Shown here: piece after piece, positions 51,941 through 61,212 of the stretch
Layout: the number at the start of each line of letters is the position of its first letter
How positions within the stretch are numbered: the stretch's first letter is position 1
Assembly (NCBI GenBank): GCA_963796215.1
Contig: CAWCKU010000020.1
Coordinates: forward strand, 29,030-93,029
Direction of reading: 5' to 3'
Source of the DNA: an uncultured delta proteobacterium
Lineage (GTDB): Bacteria; Desulfobacterota; Desulfobaccia; Desulfobaccales; 0-14-0-80-60-11
DNA: 64,000 nucleotides
Notes under the pieces: generated by a model
Database searches by the model: none
Told to the model about the DNA's origin: nothing
What the model saw: the letters and a program-made list of their open reading frames with translations, nothing else
Translations under genes and position numbers: made by a program

Positions 51941-52019
51941 GCCCCCGTAGCTCAGTAATGGATAGAGCAATGGATTCCTAATCCATGTGTCGGCAGTTCG
52001 AATCTGCCCGGGGGCACCA
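51941..52019 (+). tRNA. tRNA-Arg(CCT) with encoded CCA
   Basis: Cloverleaf: GCCCCCG/CGGGGGC acceptor, GCTC/GAGC D stem, ATGGA-TTCCTAA-TCCAT and GGCAG-TTCGAAT-CTGCC. Confidence 0.96.
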
Positions 52020-52170
52020 GTTTAAGCAAGACCTTATCAATCAGGGCCTAACCTCTTTTTTCTTGAGTGTGCACCTAGTGTGCATGCGCTCCGATTGAAG
52101 CCCGAAAAAATGAGCCGGGGAAGTTCCGTTCACCCGGCTTTGATGTGGGGTTTTCTCCGAAATAAGTCGC

Positions 52171-52440
52171 TTACGGCCAAGACCGCCTTTGCTGCTGGCC
52201 ATAGGGATTAGATTGCCTAGGATTCATGGGCTGGCTATAAGGGTTCACGGTTCCCATTTGCCCGGTATATGGGTTCATGTTCCCCTGAGTGCTGTAATTA
52301 TTGAATTGGTGGTGGTCCGGGGCTGTGCGGTGATAGGGCTGAACATAGGTTCCATCGTGGCGGGTGTAGCCGTGCACCGTTTGGTCCCGGCCGTAAAGCT
52401 GGGCCATAACTGGTAAGGCCCCTGCCAGAATTAACCCACT
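52171..52440 (-). CDS. Small exported protein, apparently 5'-truncated
   Basis: VHGYTRHDGTYVQPYHRTAP...NYSTQGNMNPYTG; partial signal peptide GLILAGALPVMA upstream. Confidence 0.55.
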   Translation of the reverse strand, partial: SGLILAGALPVMAQLYGRDQTVHGYTRHDGTYVQPYHRTAPDHHQFNNYSTQGNMNPYTGQMGTVNPYSQPMNPRQSNPYGQQQRRSWP

Positions 52441-52955
52441 TTTACTGGCTGGTTGACCGGCACCGCCATCCGCCGATCTCCGCCGCCGTCAGTGGTGAAA
52501 AACCGTCACTTCATGCCCCCAGCCCGACCAGTCCCCGGCAGAGATAGCCGACGCGGCATACTACCCCGCCTAGCCCGGATTATTCACGACACTTTTTAAA
52601 TCATGGCTATCTAGTCGATATTACAACCGAATAATAATTGTTTCAAAAAGCAGAGTGTTTTATGGAGAACAGCCGCCCTCGGCTGTTCTTTTGCAGGCGA
52701 GGGCGCCTGCTCTCCATTTTTCTTATTTTGAGTGATGATTATCTGAATTTTTCGGGCTAATCAAGATAGCTTGCCACAAACGAAACTTCTCAAGAATTCC
52801 AAAGTCTTGCGGATATGATTTTGATACCTGGCGTGTCATCTGTGGGGACCATTCAAGGATTAGGCTGGGAAAAGGTATAATCCATGGGGGCAGGGCAAAA
52901 GTGATTTCAGATTCAGACTTAGGCTTCAATCTCCATCGAAATAGAGGGTTGGGCA

Positions 52956-53219
52956 ATGCATACGGATGAATATGAGATATCTATTGGTAGGGAAATCGCC
53001 TTTTGCCGGAAAATGGTGAGGCAGTTGAAAGATTCGCTCGAAAGGCGGGAGAAGCAGTGCGGAATGACGACGGAAGCGTTTCTACAAACCCTAGAGGACG
53101 GATGCCTGTCCGAACAGCATCCCATACAGTGCTGGAGTCAAGAATATCAAGAGTTGCGGTACTGGCAAAAGATGTTGAGCGAATACGAAGAAGCCCTGGA
53201 GAGCCTCAAATGGCTCTGA
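52956..53219 (+). CDS. Conserved hypothetical helical protein
   Basis: 87-aa ORF with GAGGG RBS, followed by a hairpin. Confidence 0.6.
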   Translation: MHTDEYEISIGREIAFCRKMVRQLKDSLERREKQCGMTTEAFLQTLEDGCLSEQHPIQCWSQEYQELRYWQKMLSEYEEALESLKWL

Positions 53220-53299
53220 GGTAGCCAGGAACCCTACAGAAAGGGCACAGGGGCACGAAGGCCCCTGTGGTTATCGCTAGTAAAATTGTCTTCGTACGG

Positions 53300-53970
53300 T
53301 TCCGAGACCAGGTAACGCTAGACAAATAGAACAATCATAAATCTTACAGTTACCTACCGCTATTTAGTGGCAGGAGGTGAACTGGACTTAGGCGCCCAAG
53401 AGGGCATCAAGACGGCGTCAATAACCTGGATGACGCCGTTACTGGCTACAACGTCAGGTTTGATGATGTTGGCCGTATTAACCGTATATTTGCCGCCCAC
53501 TTCCTTGAGGTTCAGGAGTTCGGGCGACGCCGTGGGACATAAGGTCTTGCACACCTTAAGAGCAACAAGGTCTTTGGCCATATACTTGCCGGGGGTGATA
53601 TGGTAGTACACCAGGTCCTGGACGCGGGCGTTGTCGGCCATAATTTTATCCATGGTTCCGGCGGGCAGCTTGGCAAAGGCCTCGTCCGTGGGCGCAAACA
53701 GGGTGAAATCGCCCGGCATCTGCTGCAAGGTCTGGACATTGGCTTTATCCACGGCAGCTAAGAAGGTCTTAAAATTGCCAGCGGCCTTTAAGGTATCGTA
53801 CATAGTCATGGGGGCCTGGCTTAGAGCCGTCCCTACTGAGAGCAGCACCAACAGGATCGTAATTAGGGCAATTTTTATTCTCATTGCATCTTTCTCCTTA
53901 GGTTTTTTGTCGAGCTTCGTCTAGCGTTACCTGATTGTCGAGCTTTGTCTAGCGTTACCTGGTCTCGGAA
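53300..53970. mobile_element. 671-bp segment bounded by perfect 27-bp inverted repeats
   Basis: TTCCGAGACCAGGTAACGCTAGACAAA at 53300-53326 and its exact reverse complement at 53944-53970. Confidence 0.75.
53360..53884 (-). CDS. Secreted fasciclin (FAS1) domain protein
   Basis: FKTFLAAV, FTLFAPTDEAFAKLP, YHI and ASNGVIQVIDAVL. Confidence 0.92.
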   Translation of the reverse strand: MRIKIALITILLVLLSVGTALSQAPMTMYDTLKAAGNFKTFLAAVDKANVQTLQQMPGDFTLFAPTDEAFAKLPAGTMDKIMADNARVQDLVYYHITPGKYMAKDLVALKVCKTLCPTASPELLNLKEVGGKYTVNTANIIKPDVVASNGVIQVIDAVLMPSWAPKSSSPPATK

Positions 53971-54044
53971 AACGCCAGCCTGCTTCCTCGCCAGCCACCT
54001 TCATCCCTGGCCGGTGCACCTCCTGGTCGATTCCCTCACTCCTC

Positions 54045-54203
54045 CTAAAGACGCCCAAGGAGGAACAGGATGAGAACGATTATCAGGATCGTCCCCAGGA
54101 TACCACTCGGACCATAGCCCCAATTTTGGCTATGAGGCCACCTGGGGAAGGCCCCCACAAGCAAAATAATGATGATAACGAGCACAATCAATCCCATTTT
54201 CAT
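54045..54203 (-). CDS. DUF3309-like small membrane protein (52 aa)
   Basis: LVGAFPRWPHSQNWGYGPSG; RBS AAGGAG. Confidence 0.8.
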   Translation of the reverse strand: MKMGLIVLVIIIILLVGAFPRWPHSQNWGYGPSGILGTILIIVLILFLLGRL

Positions 54204-54328
54204 CTCCTTTTGCCGCAAACCTGGTCAAGGATGACGACACACTGCCTTGACCGTCGTCACTTTCCCGGTCCCGGCTAGTTATTGCCCGGGCTTCGGAGCT
54301 TCTTTCCCGGGTTTGAGGAACTCTTTGG

Positions 54329-54466
54329 TTAATGGTGAAGCAACCCTATGATACCTATGACAATTAAGTAAATCGCCACAATGAAGTTCAGGAGCCTGGG
54401 TATCATGAGAATCAAGATTCCCGCAATCAGTGAAACCACCGGCGTCAGATAGACAGTCGGGAACAT
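54329..54466 (-). CDS. DUF3096-like small membrane protein (45 aa)
   Basis: PVVSLIAGILILMIPRLLNFIVAIYLIVIG. Confidence 0.8.
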   Translation of the reverse strand: MFPTVYLTPVVSLIAGILILMIPRLLNFIVAIYLIVIGIIGLLHH

Positions 54467-54534
54467 TGCCAATCTCCTTAATTAAATTTAAAATTGATTA
54501 TTGATTCATAATTATTGCTAAGGATGAATCAAGC

Positions 54535-54690
54535 CTAAAGACGCCCAAGAAGATACAGGATGAGGACCACTATCAGGATCGTCCCCAGAACACCACTCGG
54601 GCCATAGCCCCAACTTTGGCTATGAGGCCAGGTAGGCAGGGCGCCGACGAGAAAGAGGATGAGTAGGACAATTAAAATAGTGCCGACCAT
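54535..54690 (-). CDS. DUF3309-like small membrane protein (51 aa)
   Basis: VGALPTWPHSQSWGYGPSG. Confidence 0.8.
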   Translation of the reverse strand: MVGTILIVLLILFLVGALPTWPHSQSWGYGPSGVLGTILIVVLILYLLGRL

Positions 54691-54800
54691 GGCAGTTCTC
54701 CTTTGTGGTTAGCCAAAATTATGCGGCCGTCTTAGCTGGCAGCTGTCCCAACCTGTGCTTAGAACCTCTGTTACCAAGTTTAACCAGGCTCAGGATACCC

Positions 54801-55007
54801 TTACCGTGGGTAGCGGTATGGATAATATGGATAACCATATTGTGGCGTTCCATATGGATTGGTGTAATATGGGGTAGTGTAACGATACCCATATGGTTGG
54901 CTGCTGTAGGAAGATCCATAATCGCTAGATCCATATCCATATGGATCAGCGCAGCCACAAAAGAGAACTAGCATTAGACCTATAATGCACCAATAATATT
55001 TTGACAT
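54801..55007 (-). CDS. Tyr/Pro/Gly-rich small lipoprotein
   Basis: Lipobox FCGC followed by PYGY-like repeats. Confidence 0.6.
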   Translation of the reverse strand: MSKYYWCIIGLMLVLFCGCADPYGYGSSDYGSSYSSQPYGYRYTTPYYTNPYGTPQYGYPYYPYRYPR

Positions 55008-55074
55008 AATGGGCCTCTCTTTAAGTGCAGCCTGACCTTGCGCCCACAGGCGAACCCCTGGACGCCGGCCGCCC

Positions 55075-55545
55075 TTATTTTTGCTTCATCTTCATATGCT
55101 CTTGCATCATCTCTTCCCGCCATTTGTGCAGGGTCAGCAGATACTGGCCCTGCTGTACGGTAGTCATCAGGGCCAGTTCCTCATCAATCTGGGATTTGAA
55201 GGATTGAGCCATCTTGTCCTGGTCGGCGCGGATCGCGCTCACCAGGCCTTTGATCTTGGCCTCATCGGGGGTGGCGGCCATAGCATTCTGCAGCTCGGCT
55301 TGGGATTTCTTCAACCTATCGAGGAGTTCCTGGCGATCCTTGACGTATTTTTCTTCCACGGCGTTAAATGCTTTGGCCTTTTCCGGGCTGAGCTTCAATT
55401 CTTTAACCGCAGTGGCCCGGCGCATTTTATGCATTTCACCCCAGGAATCTTCTTTGGCCTGCACCAGGGCGGGGACCAGAAACAAACCGGTCAGCATCAG
55501 GGAAATTACCACGCTGAGAAAATGGGCTTTAACTTTCATGGGCAC
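55075..55545 (-). CDS. Periplasmic Spy/CpxP/ZraP-like helical protein
   Basis: Signal peptide, ELKLSPEK, PDEAKIK and LMTTVQQ. Confidence 0.72.
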   Translation of the reverse strand: MPMKVKAHFLSVVISLMLTGLFLVPALVQAKEDSWGEMHKMRRATAVKELKLSPEKAKAFNAVEEKYVKDRQELLDRLKKSQAELQNAMAATPDEAKIKGLVSAIRADQDKMAQSFKSQIDEELALMTTVQQGQYLLTLHKWREEMMQEHMKMKQK

Positions 55546-55652
55546 GTCTCCTTTTATAAGGGATGCGACAAACAGGGGATGCCCCGACTCCCTAACCAGT
55601 ACACGGTTTTTGCGGCAACCAGGGCTTTTTAGGCCAATGGCCCGGTTATTCC

Positions 55653-55961
55653 TTAGTTGCCATGACGTTCGTCTCTGCGCTCTCGGCGCTCATCTCTGCG
55701 ATTATCTCTGCGATCGCGGTTTTCCTCTCGGCGCTCGTAGCGGTAGTCTCGACCCACCGGTGGCGCGACATAATAGAGAAGTTGGGAAAGTGGGTCCGCA
55801 TATGGCGCGGCATGATACTCATTGTAACAATAAGGGTCGCTGGGGTCGCAAGACACGTAGGGCTGTCCGAAAGCTGGACAGGTTCCAAAACCGTAGTATC
55901 CTACCCCGCACCAACACGTCAGCATGAGGGTTAGCCCTAGAGTTAACCAAAGTTTCTTCAT
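55653..55961 (-). CDS. Exported protein with Arg/Glu/Asp-rich tail
   Basis: MKKLWLTLGL signal; RREENRDRRDNRRDERRERRDERH. Confidence 0.55.
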   Translation of the reverse strand: MKKLWLTLGLTLMLTCWCGVGYYGFGTCPAFGQPYVSCDPSDPYCYNEYHAAPYADPLSQLLYYVAPPVGRDYRYERREENRDRRDNRRDERRERRDERHGN

Positions 55962-56060
55962 AGAGATTCTCCTGGACAATTTCCAGACCTTGCCATTATT
56001 GCCCTGGGGGCCCTGGGTCCGGGAAGGCAATCCCAACGGCAGGGCCCAAAAGTTGGTAGA

Positions 56061-56531
56061 CTATTTATTCGTCCCGGCGGCTTTCTGGCCACGTTTGTTC
56101 ATCATCTTCTGGCGCCATTGTCCCAGTATTATAAGATACTTGGCTTGCTCAACCGGGGTCATCAGCGCCAGTTCCTCGTCCCGCTGCTTTTTAAAAGAAG
56201 TGAACATTTTATCCTGGCCGGCGGTCAGCGCGCTGACCGCTGCTTTGAGCTTCGCCTCGTCCGGGTTGGCTGCCGCCAGCGCCGCCTGCAAATCATCATT
56301 AGCTTTCTTCACCCCGGCGATGATGTCTTTGCGCTCGGCCGCATACTTAACTCCCACCGCCAGCATGGCCTTTTCTTTTTCAGGAGCAAGCTTCAGCTCT
56401 TTAACCAGTTGGTCTTTTTGGGCCTTGCGCGCCCCTTCCTCTCCCTTGACCTGGCCCAGGGCGGGTATCACCAGCATCGCACTGATGATGGCGCAGAGTG
56501 CCCCTAACTTAAAATTGAATTTACCTTTCAT
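56061..56531 (-). CDS. Second Spy/CpxP/ZraP-like protein (paralogue of 55075)
   Basis: KELKLAPEK, NPDEAKLK and DEELALMTPVEQ. Confidence 0.72.
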   Translation of the reverse strand: MKGKFNFKLGALCAIISAMLVIPALGQVKGEEGARKAQKDQLVKELKLAPEKEKAMLAVGVKYAAERKDIIAGVKKANDDLQAALAAANPDEAKLKAAVSALTAGQDKMFTSFKKQRDEELALMTPVEQAKYLIILGQWRQKMMNKRGQKAAGTNK

Positions 56532-56581
56532 GTGATCCTCTCCTTTGCTATGAGTTTTATCCCGCGTTATGTGGCAGCCAA

Positions 56582-56782
56582 TCATAACATCATCAAAGCA
56601 TTTCTTTCTTCGGGGGTGAGTTCGCTCGCCAAAGAGTCCAGGTGCATTTTCTCGAAATCGAATCCGGCGCTCTTGATGAGCTCTTTTCTCTTGGCAGCAG
56701 ACTCGGCGGCCAGGATTTGCTTCTTGAATTCCAAATCCTTCCTCATCTTTTCCACAAAAGCTCTGGCTGATTCAATGGACAC
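56582..56782 (-). CDS. Nif11-like leader-domain protein
   Basis: MSIESARAFVEKMRKD.EF...AGFDF...ELTPEE. Confidence 0.72.
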   Translation of the reverse strand: MSIESARAFVEKMRKDLEFKKQILAAESAAKRKELIKSAGFDFEKMHLDSLASELTPEERNALMML

Positions 56783-56902
56783 GATGCCCTCCGGTGGGAA
56801 TTTTGTAATAAAGGGACTTTCTGTCCTTCAAAGGTCAAGGGGTAATCAAACCTGCTGCTTCTGAGGCCCGCGGCCTGGTTGAACCTGCAACCTGGGGTAA
56901 CC

Positions 56903-57322
56903 TTACTCGGTTATCCGGGTTCGCTTCACATCGAGCTTGGGCCCGCGGGCTGAAAAGTAGATCCGATAGTGATGGACCTCTCCATCCCGGATGGTCATAT
57001 GGGGAAACCGCACATCCGAGGTGCCGCCGCTGTCGCTATAAGCCTTGAGGATCAAGAGGTAAACTCCGGTTTTCAGGCCATTTACCCGCAGGTGATAAAG
57101 GCCGCTCTGCGGATTGGGCAACTGGATGTCCGGGGCATAAGGACCCGTCCGGTCCCCGGCAGGATCGGTGACCACCAGCTCTCCCGGGGGGGAGCCTCCA
57201 GTCTCGGATTCGATGCTGATGTTCAAATTCTGGGCGCCGGCGGCGCCTGGGAAAATGGCCAGGGCCGCGGCGATGAACAGCCCGATCGCCAGCCCTGCGG
57301 ATATTTTGGTTACTCGGTTCAT
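56903..57322 (-). CDS. Exported beta-rich hypothetical protein
   Basis: Signal peptide AGA; SPPGELVVTDPAGDRTG. Confidence 0.6.
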   Translation of the reverse strand: MNRVTKISAGLAIGLFIAAALAIFPGAAGAQNLNISIESETGGSPPGELVVTDPAGDRTGPYAPDIQLPNPQSGLYHLRVNGLKTGVYLLILKAYSDSGGTSDVRFPHMTIRDGEVHHYRIYFSARGPKLDVKRTRITE

Positions 57323-57436
57323 GGCATTTGCCTCCGGTAGTATGGTTAAGTCGGTCTTGTTGCTCTGCCGCCAATTCCTTCCCTGGCCCCAAGGCCTGAA
57401 TGCCAAGAAAGGCTGCTTTTTTAGGCGGCGAAAGGA

Positions 57437-57598
57437 TTAGCGGCGCCAAAACCCCGTGGGCCGCGCCCCCATCAGACCCAGTATGCCTATGACAATCAGG
57501 TAAACCGCCACAATAATGCTCAACAGGCCGGGTTGAATCAATATCACTATCCCGGCGATTAAAGCAACGACTGGCGCGAGGTATGGCTGGTATGGCAT
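57437..57598 (-). CDS. DUF3096-like small membrane protein
   Basis: PVVALIAGIVILIQPGLLSIIVAVYLIVIG; RBS AAGGAGG. Confidence 0.78.
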   Translation of the reverse strand: MPYQPYLAPVVALIAGIVILIQPGLLSIIVAVYLIVIGILGLMGARPTGFWRR

Positions 57599-57671
57599 GT
57601 GCTCCTCCTTTAATTCGAGATTACTTCGTCCGTCCAACATTGCTGCTTGCAACCAATCCGAACCAAGACAG

Positions 57672-57863
57672 TTACTTCCCCACTCGGATATTGGAGATTT
57701 CACCCATGAGCCCAAAAACGGTCAGGAGCCAAATGACCACGGCAATGACTACGACAGCATTCAAGATCGACTTAATGGAGCCCGCCATCGGGATGTATGA
57801 GTTGACGAGCCAGAGAAGAACCCCAACCACGACCAAGACCACCACCACATGGATTAAAGGCAT
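57672..57863 (-). CDS. Thivi_2564-like two-TM small protein
   Basis: VVGVLLWLVNSYIPMAGSIKSILNAVVV. Confidence 0.75.
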   Translation of the reverse strand: MPLIHVVVVLVVVGVLLWLVNSYIPMAGSIKSILNAVVVIAVVIWLLTVFGLMGEISNIRVGK

Positions 57864-58300
57864 GATCTACTCCTCCTTGGTTTGGAGATTGGACCTGCGA
57901 TGAGGCGGCAACCCATCTCCATCTTTTCAAAACTGCTTGGAACCTAATTTTTCGGGTTTAACCCCAAAAGCTGACCATCTTCCCGCCGGTAAGGCCATGA
58001 ACTTAAGCCTCATAAAGCGTATGCCCGTAGCGGGGGGCGGCCAGTCACCGAAATTTCGATCAAATTAATCATGGTTATCGGCCTAGTCAACAGCCCCTTT
58101 CCCTGATTCCTGCCCTCCCATGGTCCAAACCCTTGCCATGAATGTTCAGCTTAAAATAATCACCAATAGGAGTATGTCAAGGTTAGATCGGTTAATTTGT
58201 TAGTATCTGATAAAATATATTTGTTTTTAATATTTTATATATTTTAGTATTGACTTAGATAAATATGATTCATATATATGTGATTGTATGGAGGTGTAAA

Positions 58301-58615
58301 ATGGAAGATGAAGTCCTGACCACAGAGGAGGCGGCGGAGTTTTTGAAGCTGACGCCCTTCACGGTGCGGGATTATGCCAGGCGGAGAATTCTGCCGGCCC
58401 GCAAGGTGGGCAAGGGGTGGCGGTTCTTTAGGCCTGACCTGGTGGCCTGGTTAAGGGACTATGAGGCTCCATCCACCTTGAAGGGGGAAGGCTATGAGGA
58501 ATTGCCCCTGGACAATTCATGGAGAAAATTCCTATTAAGGTTGGTGGGCCGGATAATTTTGGGCGCGGCCTTAACTATCTCCCTGACTTTATCAGCCAAT
58601 CCGGCCCAAGCCTAA
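58301..58615 (+). CDS. Excisionase-type HTH (HTH_17) protein with an unrelated-looking tail
   Basis: LTTEEAAEFLKLTPFTV...LPARKVGKGWRF. Confidence 0.75.
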   Translation: MEDEVLTTEEAAEFLKLTPFTVRDYARRRILPARKVGKGWRFFRPDLVAWLRDYEAPSTLKGEGYEELPLDNSWRKFLLRLVGRIILGAALTISLTLSANPAQA

Positions 58616-59043
58616 GTCGGCAGTCGGGCGAGCCCATCGGGCGCTGAAACCCTGCTACAGGACCGGCTGGCGAAGAGCTAGGCCAAAAGCTCCGGCGTCT
58701 CAGAAACTCTGACCACGAAGGTCATTTCCCAGCGGGACGGCCGCTTCTTGATGGCGCCCTTAACTCCCCTAAGACCGTTCGATCACCTGCCGCGCTTCAC
58801 CTCGCCATTAAATATCGTCTCGCCACCCGCAGCACAGCTAGCTATCCGGTGAAAAGACCGGTTGTCGGCACGAGGCCTTCCGGATGATAACTACTGGATT
58901 ATCTGGGCAGAATAGCTCTTCCAGACCTGCGGCTAAGCCACTCCAGCCTGACAACCTCAATCAGGAGTTTGACATCGCCGACTGACGAACTAACTTGATA
59001 TCAAAATAAAAGTGTCCAACCTGATAGATCTTGGAGGAATTTC

Positions 59044-59346
59044 ATGGACCTGACTCGCTGCCCAAAGCTGGTGATTTTAACGGTAATCGTGCTTTTCTCC
59101 TTAGGCCTGGCTGCCTGCGGCGCCTCGCGGCTTACTCAGGAAAATTTCGACAAAATTCACACCGGCATGACCCAGGCGGAAGTGGCGGCGATCCTGGGGG
59201 AGCCCACGGAATCCTCCAGTGTGGATGTGGCGGTATTTTCCGGCACCGCGTCCACCTGGAAAAAAGCTGGCACCACCATTACCATCCAATTTGCCAACGG
59301 CAAGGTAGTGGCCAAACAATTCTCTAAGGAGAAAAACGTTAAGTAA
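59044..59346 (+). CDS. BamE/SmpA-like (BLIP-fold) lipoprotein
   Basis: LAAC lipobox; FDKIHTGMTQAEVAAILGEP. Confidence 0.72.
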   Translation: MDLTRCPKLVILTVIVLFSLGLAACGASRLTQENFDKIHTGMTQAEVAAILGEPTESSSVDVAVFSGTASTWKKAGTTITIQFANGKVVAKQFSKEKNVK

Positions 59347-59514
59347 TCATATTTAAAGGATTTACCACCCGGGCACGGAGGTCACCTCAAGGTTATTTAA
59401 GATTGAGTCGAACCTTGCAACCTGAATTAAGGTACTGCAGCAGGGGCTGAAAAACCACGCCGCTGAATTTCGCCGTAATGCTGTTACGTTGAGGGAGAAA
59501 TGAGGAGGTACTCT

Positions 59515-59988
59515 ATGCGCAAGCGCATTATCAGTCATGGCGCTCGTGAGGTCTCAACCGCCGAACCCGGCTGGCTAGACCTGGAACGCCTGGCACAAAT
59601 CGAAATCACGTCCGAAGATGTCGATTACCCGATTGAATCGGCCCTGATTCCGGGTACAGGCTCGGGTTGGCGCGCCGCGCAGCCTGGGGAGCAAACGATC
59701 CGCCTCCTGTTTGATGAGCCTCTGAGACTCACCCGGATCCATCTAGTGTTCCATGAAGGTGAGTGGGAGCGGACGCAAGAGTTCGTTTTACGGTGGTCCG
59801 CAGACGGCGGTCAGTCGTACCGGGAGATTGTGCGCCAGCAGTATAACTTCAGTCCGCCGGACGCCGCGCGCCAGGTCGAAGACTACGACGTCGATCTCGA
59901 CGGGGTCACGGCACTCGAATTGAAGATTGTTCCGGACATAAGCGCTGGCAGCGCCCGGGCCTCGCTGGCCCAACTGAGTGTGGCGTAA
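59515..59988 (+). CDS. Galactose-binding-like fold protein
   Basis: ITSEDVDYPIESAL, GWRAAQPGEQTIRLLFD and EIVRQQYNFSP. Confidence 0.65.
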   Translation: MRKRIISHGAREVSTAEPGWLDLERLAQIEITSEDVDYPIESALIPGTGSGWRAAQPGEQTIRLLFDEPLRLTRIHLVFHEGEWERTQEFVLRWSADGGQSYREIVRQQYNFSPPDAARQVEDYDVDLDGVTALELKIVPDISAGSARASLAQLSVA

Positions 59989-60274
59989 TTATCGGACCGA
60001 CTTCGGCCATTAGGGCAAGAGGGGCCAGTTAATGCCGGGACGACGGCCGCAGCCTTTTCCACCAGACCCGGCAGGAGGTCAGGACGGCCTAGCGCGGGCC
60101 GCCTGCCGCTGGCATCCGGACCGGGCCCCGGCCGGCGCAGAGGAAACCTGCCGGGCTCTGCTGCAGCAGATTAACGCGGCCTGCCAGTTGATAGTCCAAT
60201 TTATCGAAGACTGTCGCTGCGACCGGGGTGGGGGGGCCGCCGCCCCCGAAAAATCAAGATCGCGAGGATATTTA

Positions 60275-61090
60275 ATGCGTGCCGGGAAGGTTTGGCTCAT
60301 CATGGTATTGTTGCTACTGTGCCTGGCGCCGGCCACGCTCGCCGCTGCCCCGCCCAGGCTCACTGCCGCGCCGGAAATCCGGGAAAACCTGGAATATCAG
60401 GTAAGCCTGGGCCTGTGGTCGGATGTGGCCCGGGTTCACCTGGTTTTCAAGGAGTTGCAGCCGGGACATTACCTGGCGGAGTTTTCCGGGGCGGCCCAGG
60501 GGATGTGGAAGTTGTTGAGCCGGTGGCTGCCCGAACGTTACCAGACTGAGATGGTCTACCGGGATGGGCGGCTGCAACCCTTGGTGTATCGTGAAGAATT
60601 CCAGGATAAAGGGCAACAAGTCCTGAAGGAGTACCGTTTCGACTATGACCATAGCCGGCTGACCCTTTGGCGCCAGCTTGACCGCGGCGAGAAAATCAAA
60701 GAATGGGAAGTTCCCTTGACCGGCCCGGTCTACGACCTCTTGAGCCTGTTTTATAACGTCCGGTTAGACGCCCTGGGACCGTCGCCCGGCGGCGCCAGCC
60801 TGCGGGTTATGGTCCTGCCGGACCCCAAACCCAAGGAGTTGGTCTTTCACATCGGCGCCGTCACCGACGAGGGGCTCAAGGTCATGGTCAACTCCCGCTC
60901 GCCCGGCGCGGTTGACGAGGATCAGTATTTTATGTTTCTCAATCCGGAACGGGTCCCCACCCTGGCCTGGACCCGGGTAACCCTCTTTGGCAAGCTCGCG
61001 GGGCGCTTGGTGAACCCCGGCGAGGTCATGAAGGAGGGGCTGGTGACCCTGCCCCCCTCCGCTTCTCCCGTCCCCAAAGCCCCACGTTGA
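60275..61090 (+). CDS. DUF3108-like exported protein
   Basis: Signal peptide, ENLEYQVSLG and YDLLSLFYNVR. Confidence 0.62.
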   Translation: MRAGKVWLIMVLLLLCLAPATLAAAPPRLTAAPEIRENLEYQVSLGLWSDVARVHLVFKELQPGHYLAEFSGAAQGMWKLLSRWLPERYQTEMVYRDGRLQPLVYREEFQDKGQQVLKEYRFDYDHSRLTLWRQLDRGEKIKEWEVPLTGPVYDLLSLFYNVRLDALGPSPGGASLRVMVLPDPKPKELVFHIGAVTDEGLKVMVNSRSPGAVDEDQYFMFLNPERVPTLAWTRVTLFGKLAGRLVNPGEVMKEGLVTLPPSASPVPKAPR

Positions 61091-61103
61091 GGACGGCGCG
61101 GTT

Positions 61104-61122
61104 TGGCCCGGGCCAGCTTAGG
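61104..61122 (+). repeat. 19-bp direct repeat, left copy
   Basis: TGGCCCGGGCCAGCTTAGG; identical at 63323-63341. Confidence 0.8.
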
Positions 61123-61212
61123 GCACGCCTCCACCCCCGTGCCTGCCACTGCTTTTCTCCTTGACATTCAGAAGCAAAGTCTTAATAAAAATAGGGAGGA
61201 GGTCTAAAGTAT

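Larger units (their letters stand above)
25771..51973. mobile_element. ~26-kb genomic island integrated in the 5' half of tRNA-Arg(CCT)
   Basis: 34-bp direct repeat, integrase remnant at right end, accessory gene content, AT-richer intergenic DNA and few REP elements. Confidence 0.8.

Noticed and set aside
51954..51964. Sequencing error in the long 11-nt tRNA D-loop
   Set aside because: The identical loop occurs in the second copy at 25785-25795, so it is probably real, and it is of little functional note
52435..52510. IS21-like terminal sequence
   Set aside because: Only a vague resemblance; no partner end or transposase in the window
52860..52950. c-di-GMP or other riboswitch suggested by GGGCAAA
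   Set aside because: The expected GNRA hairpin and GCAAAGC/receptor elements are not recognisable; a covariance-model search would be needed
58180..58205. Another Pho-box array
   Set aside because: TAAC units are spaced 8-9 bp apart, not 11
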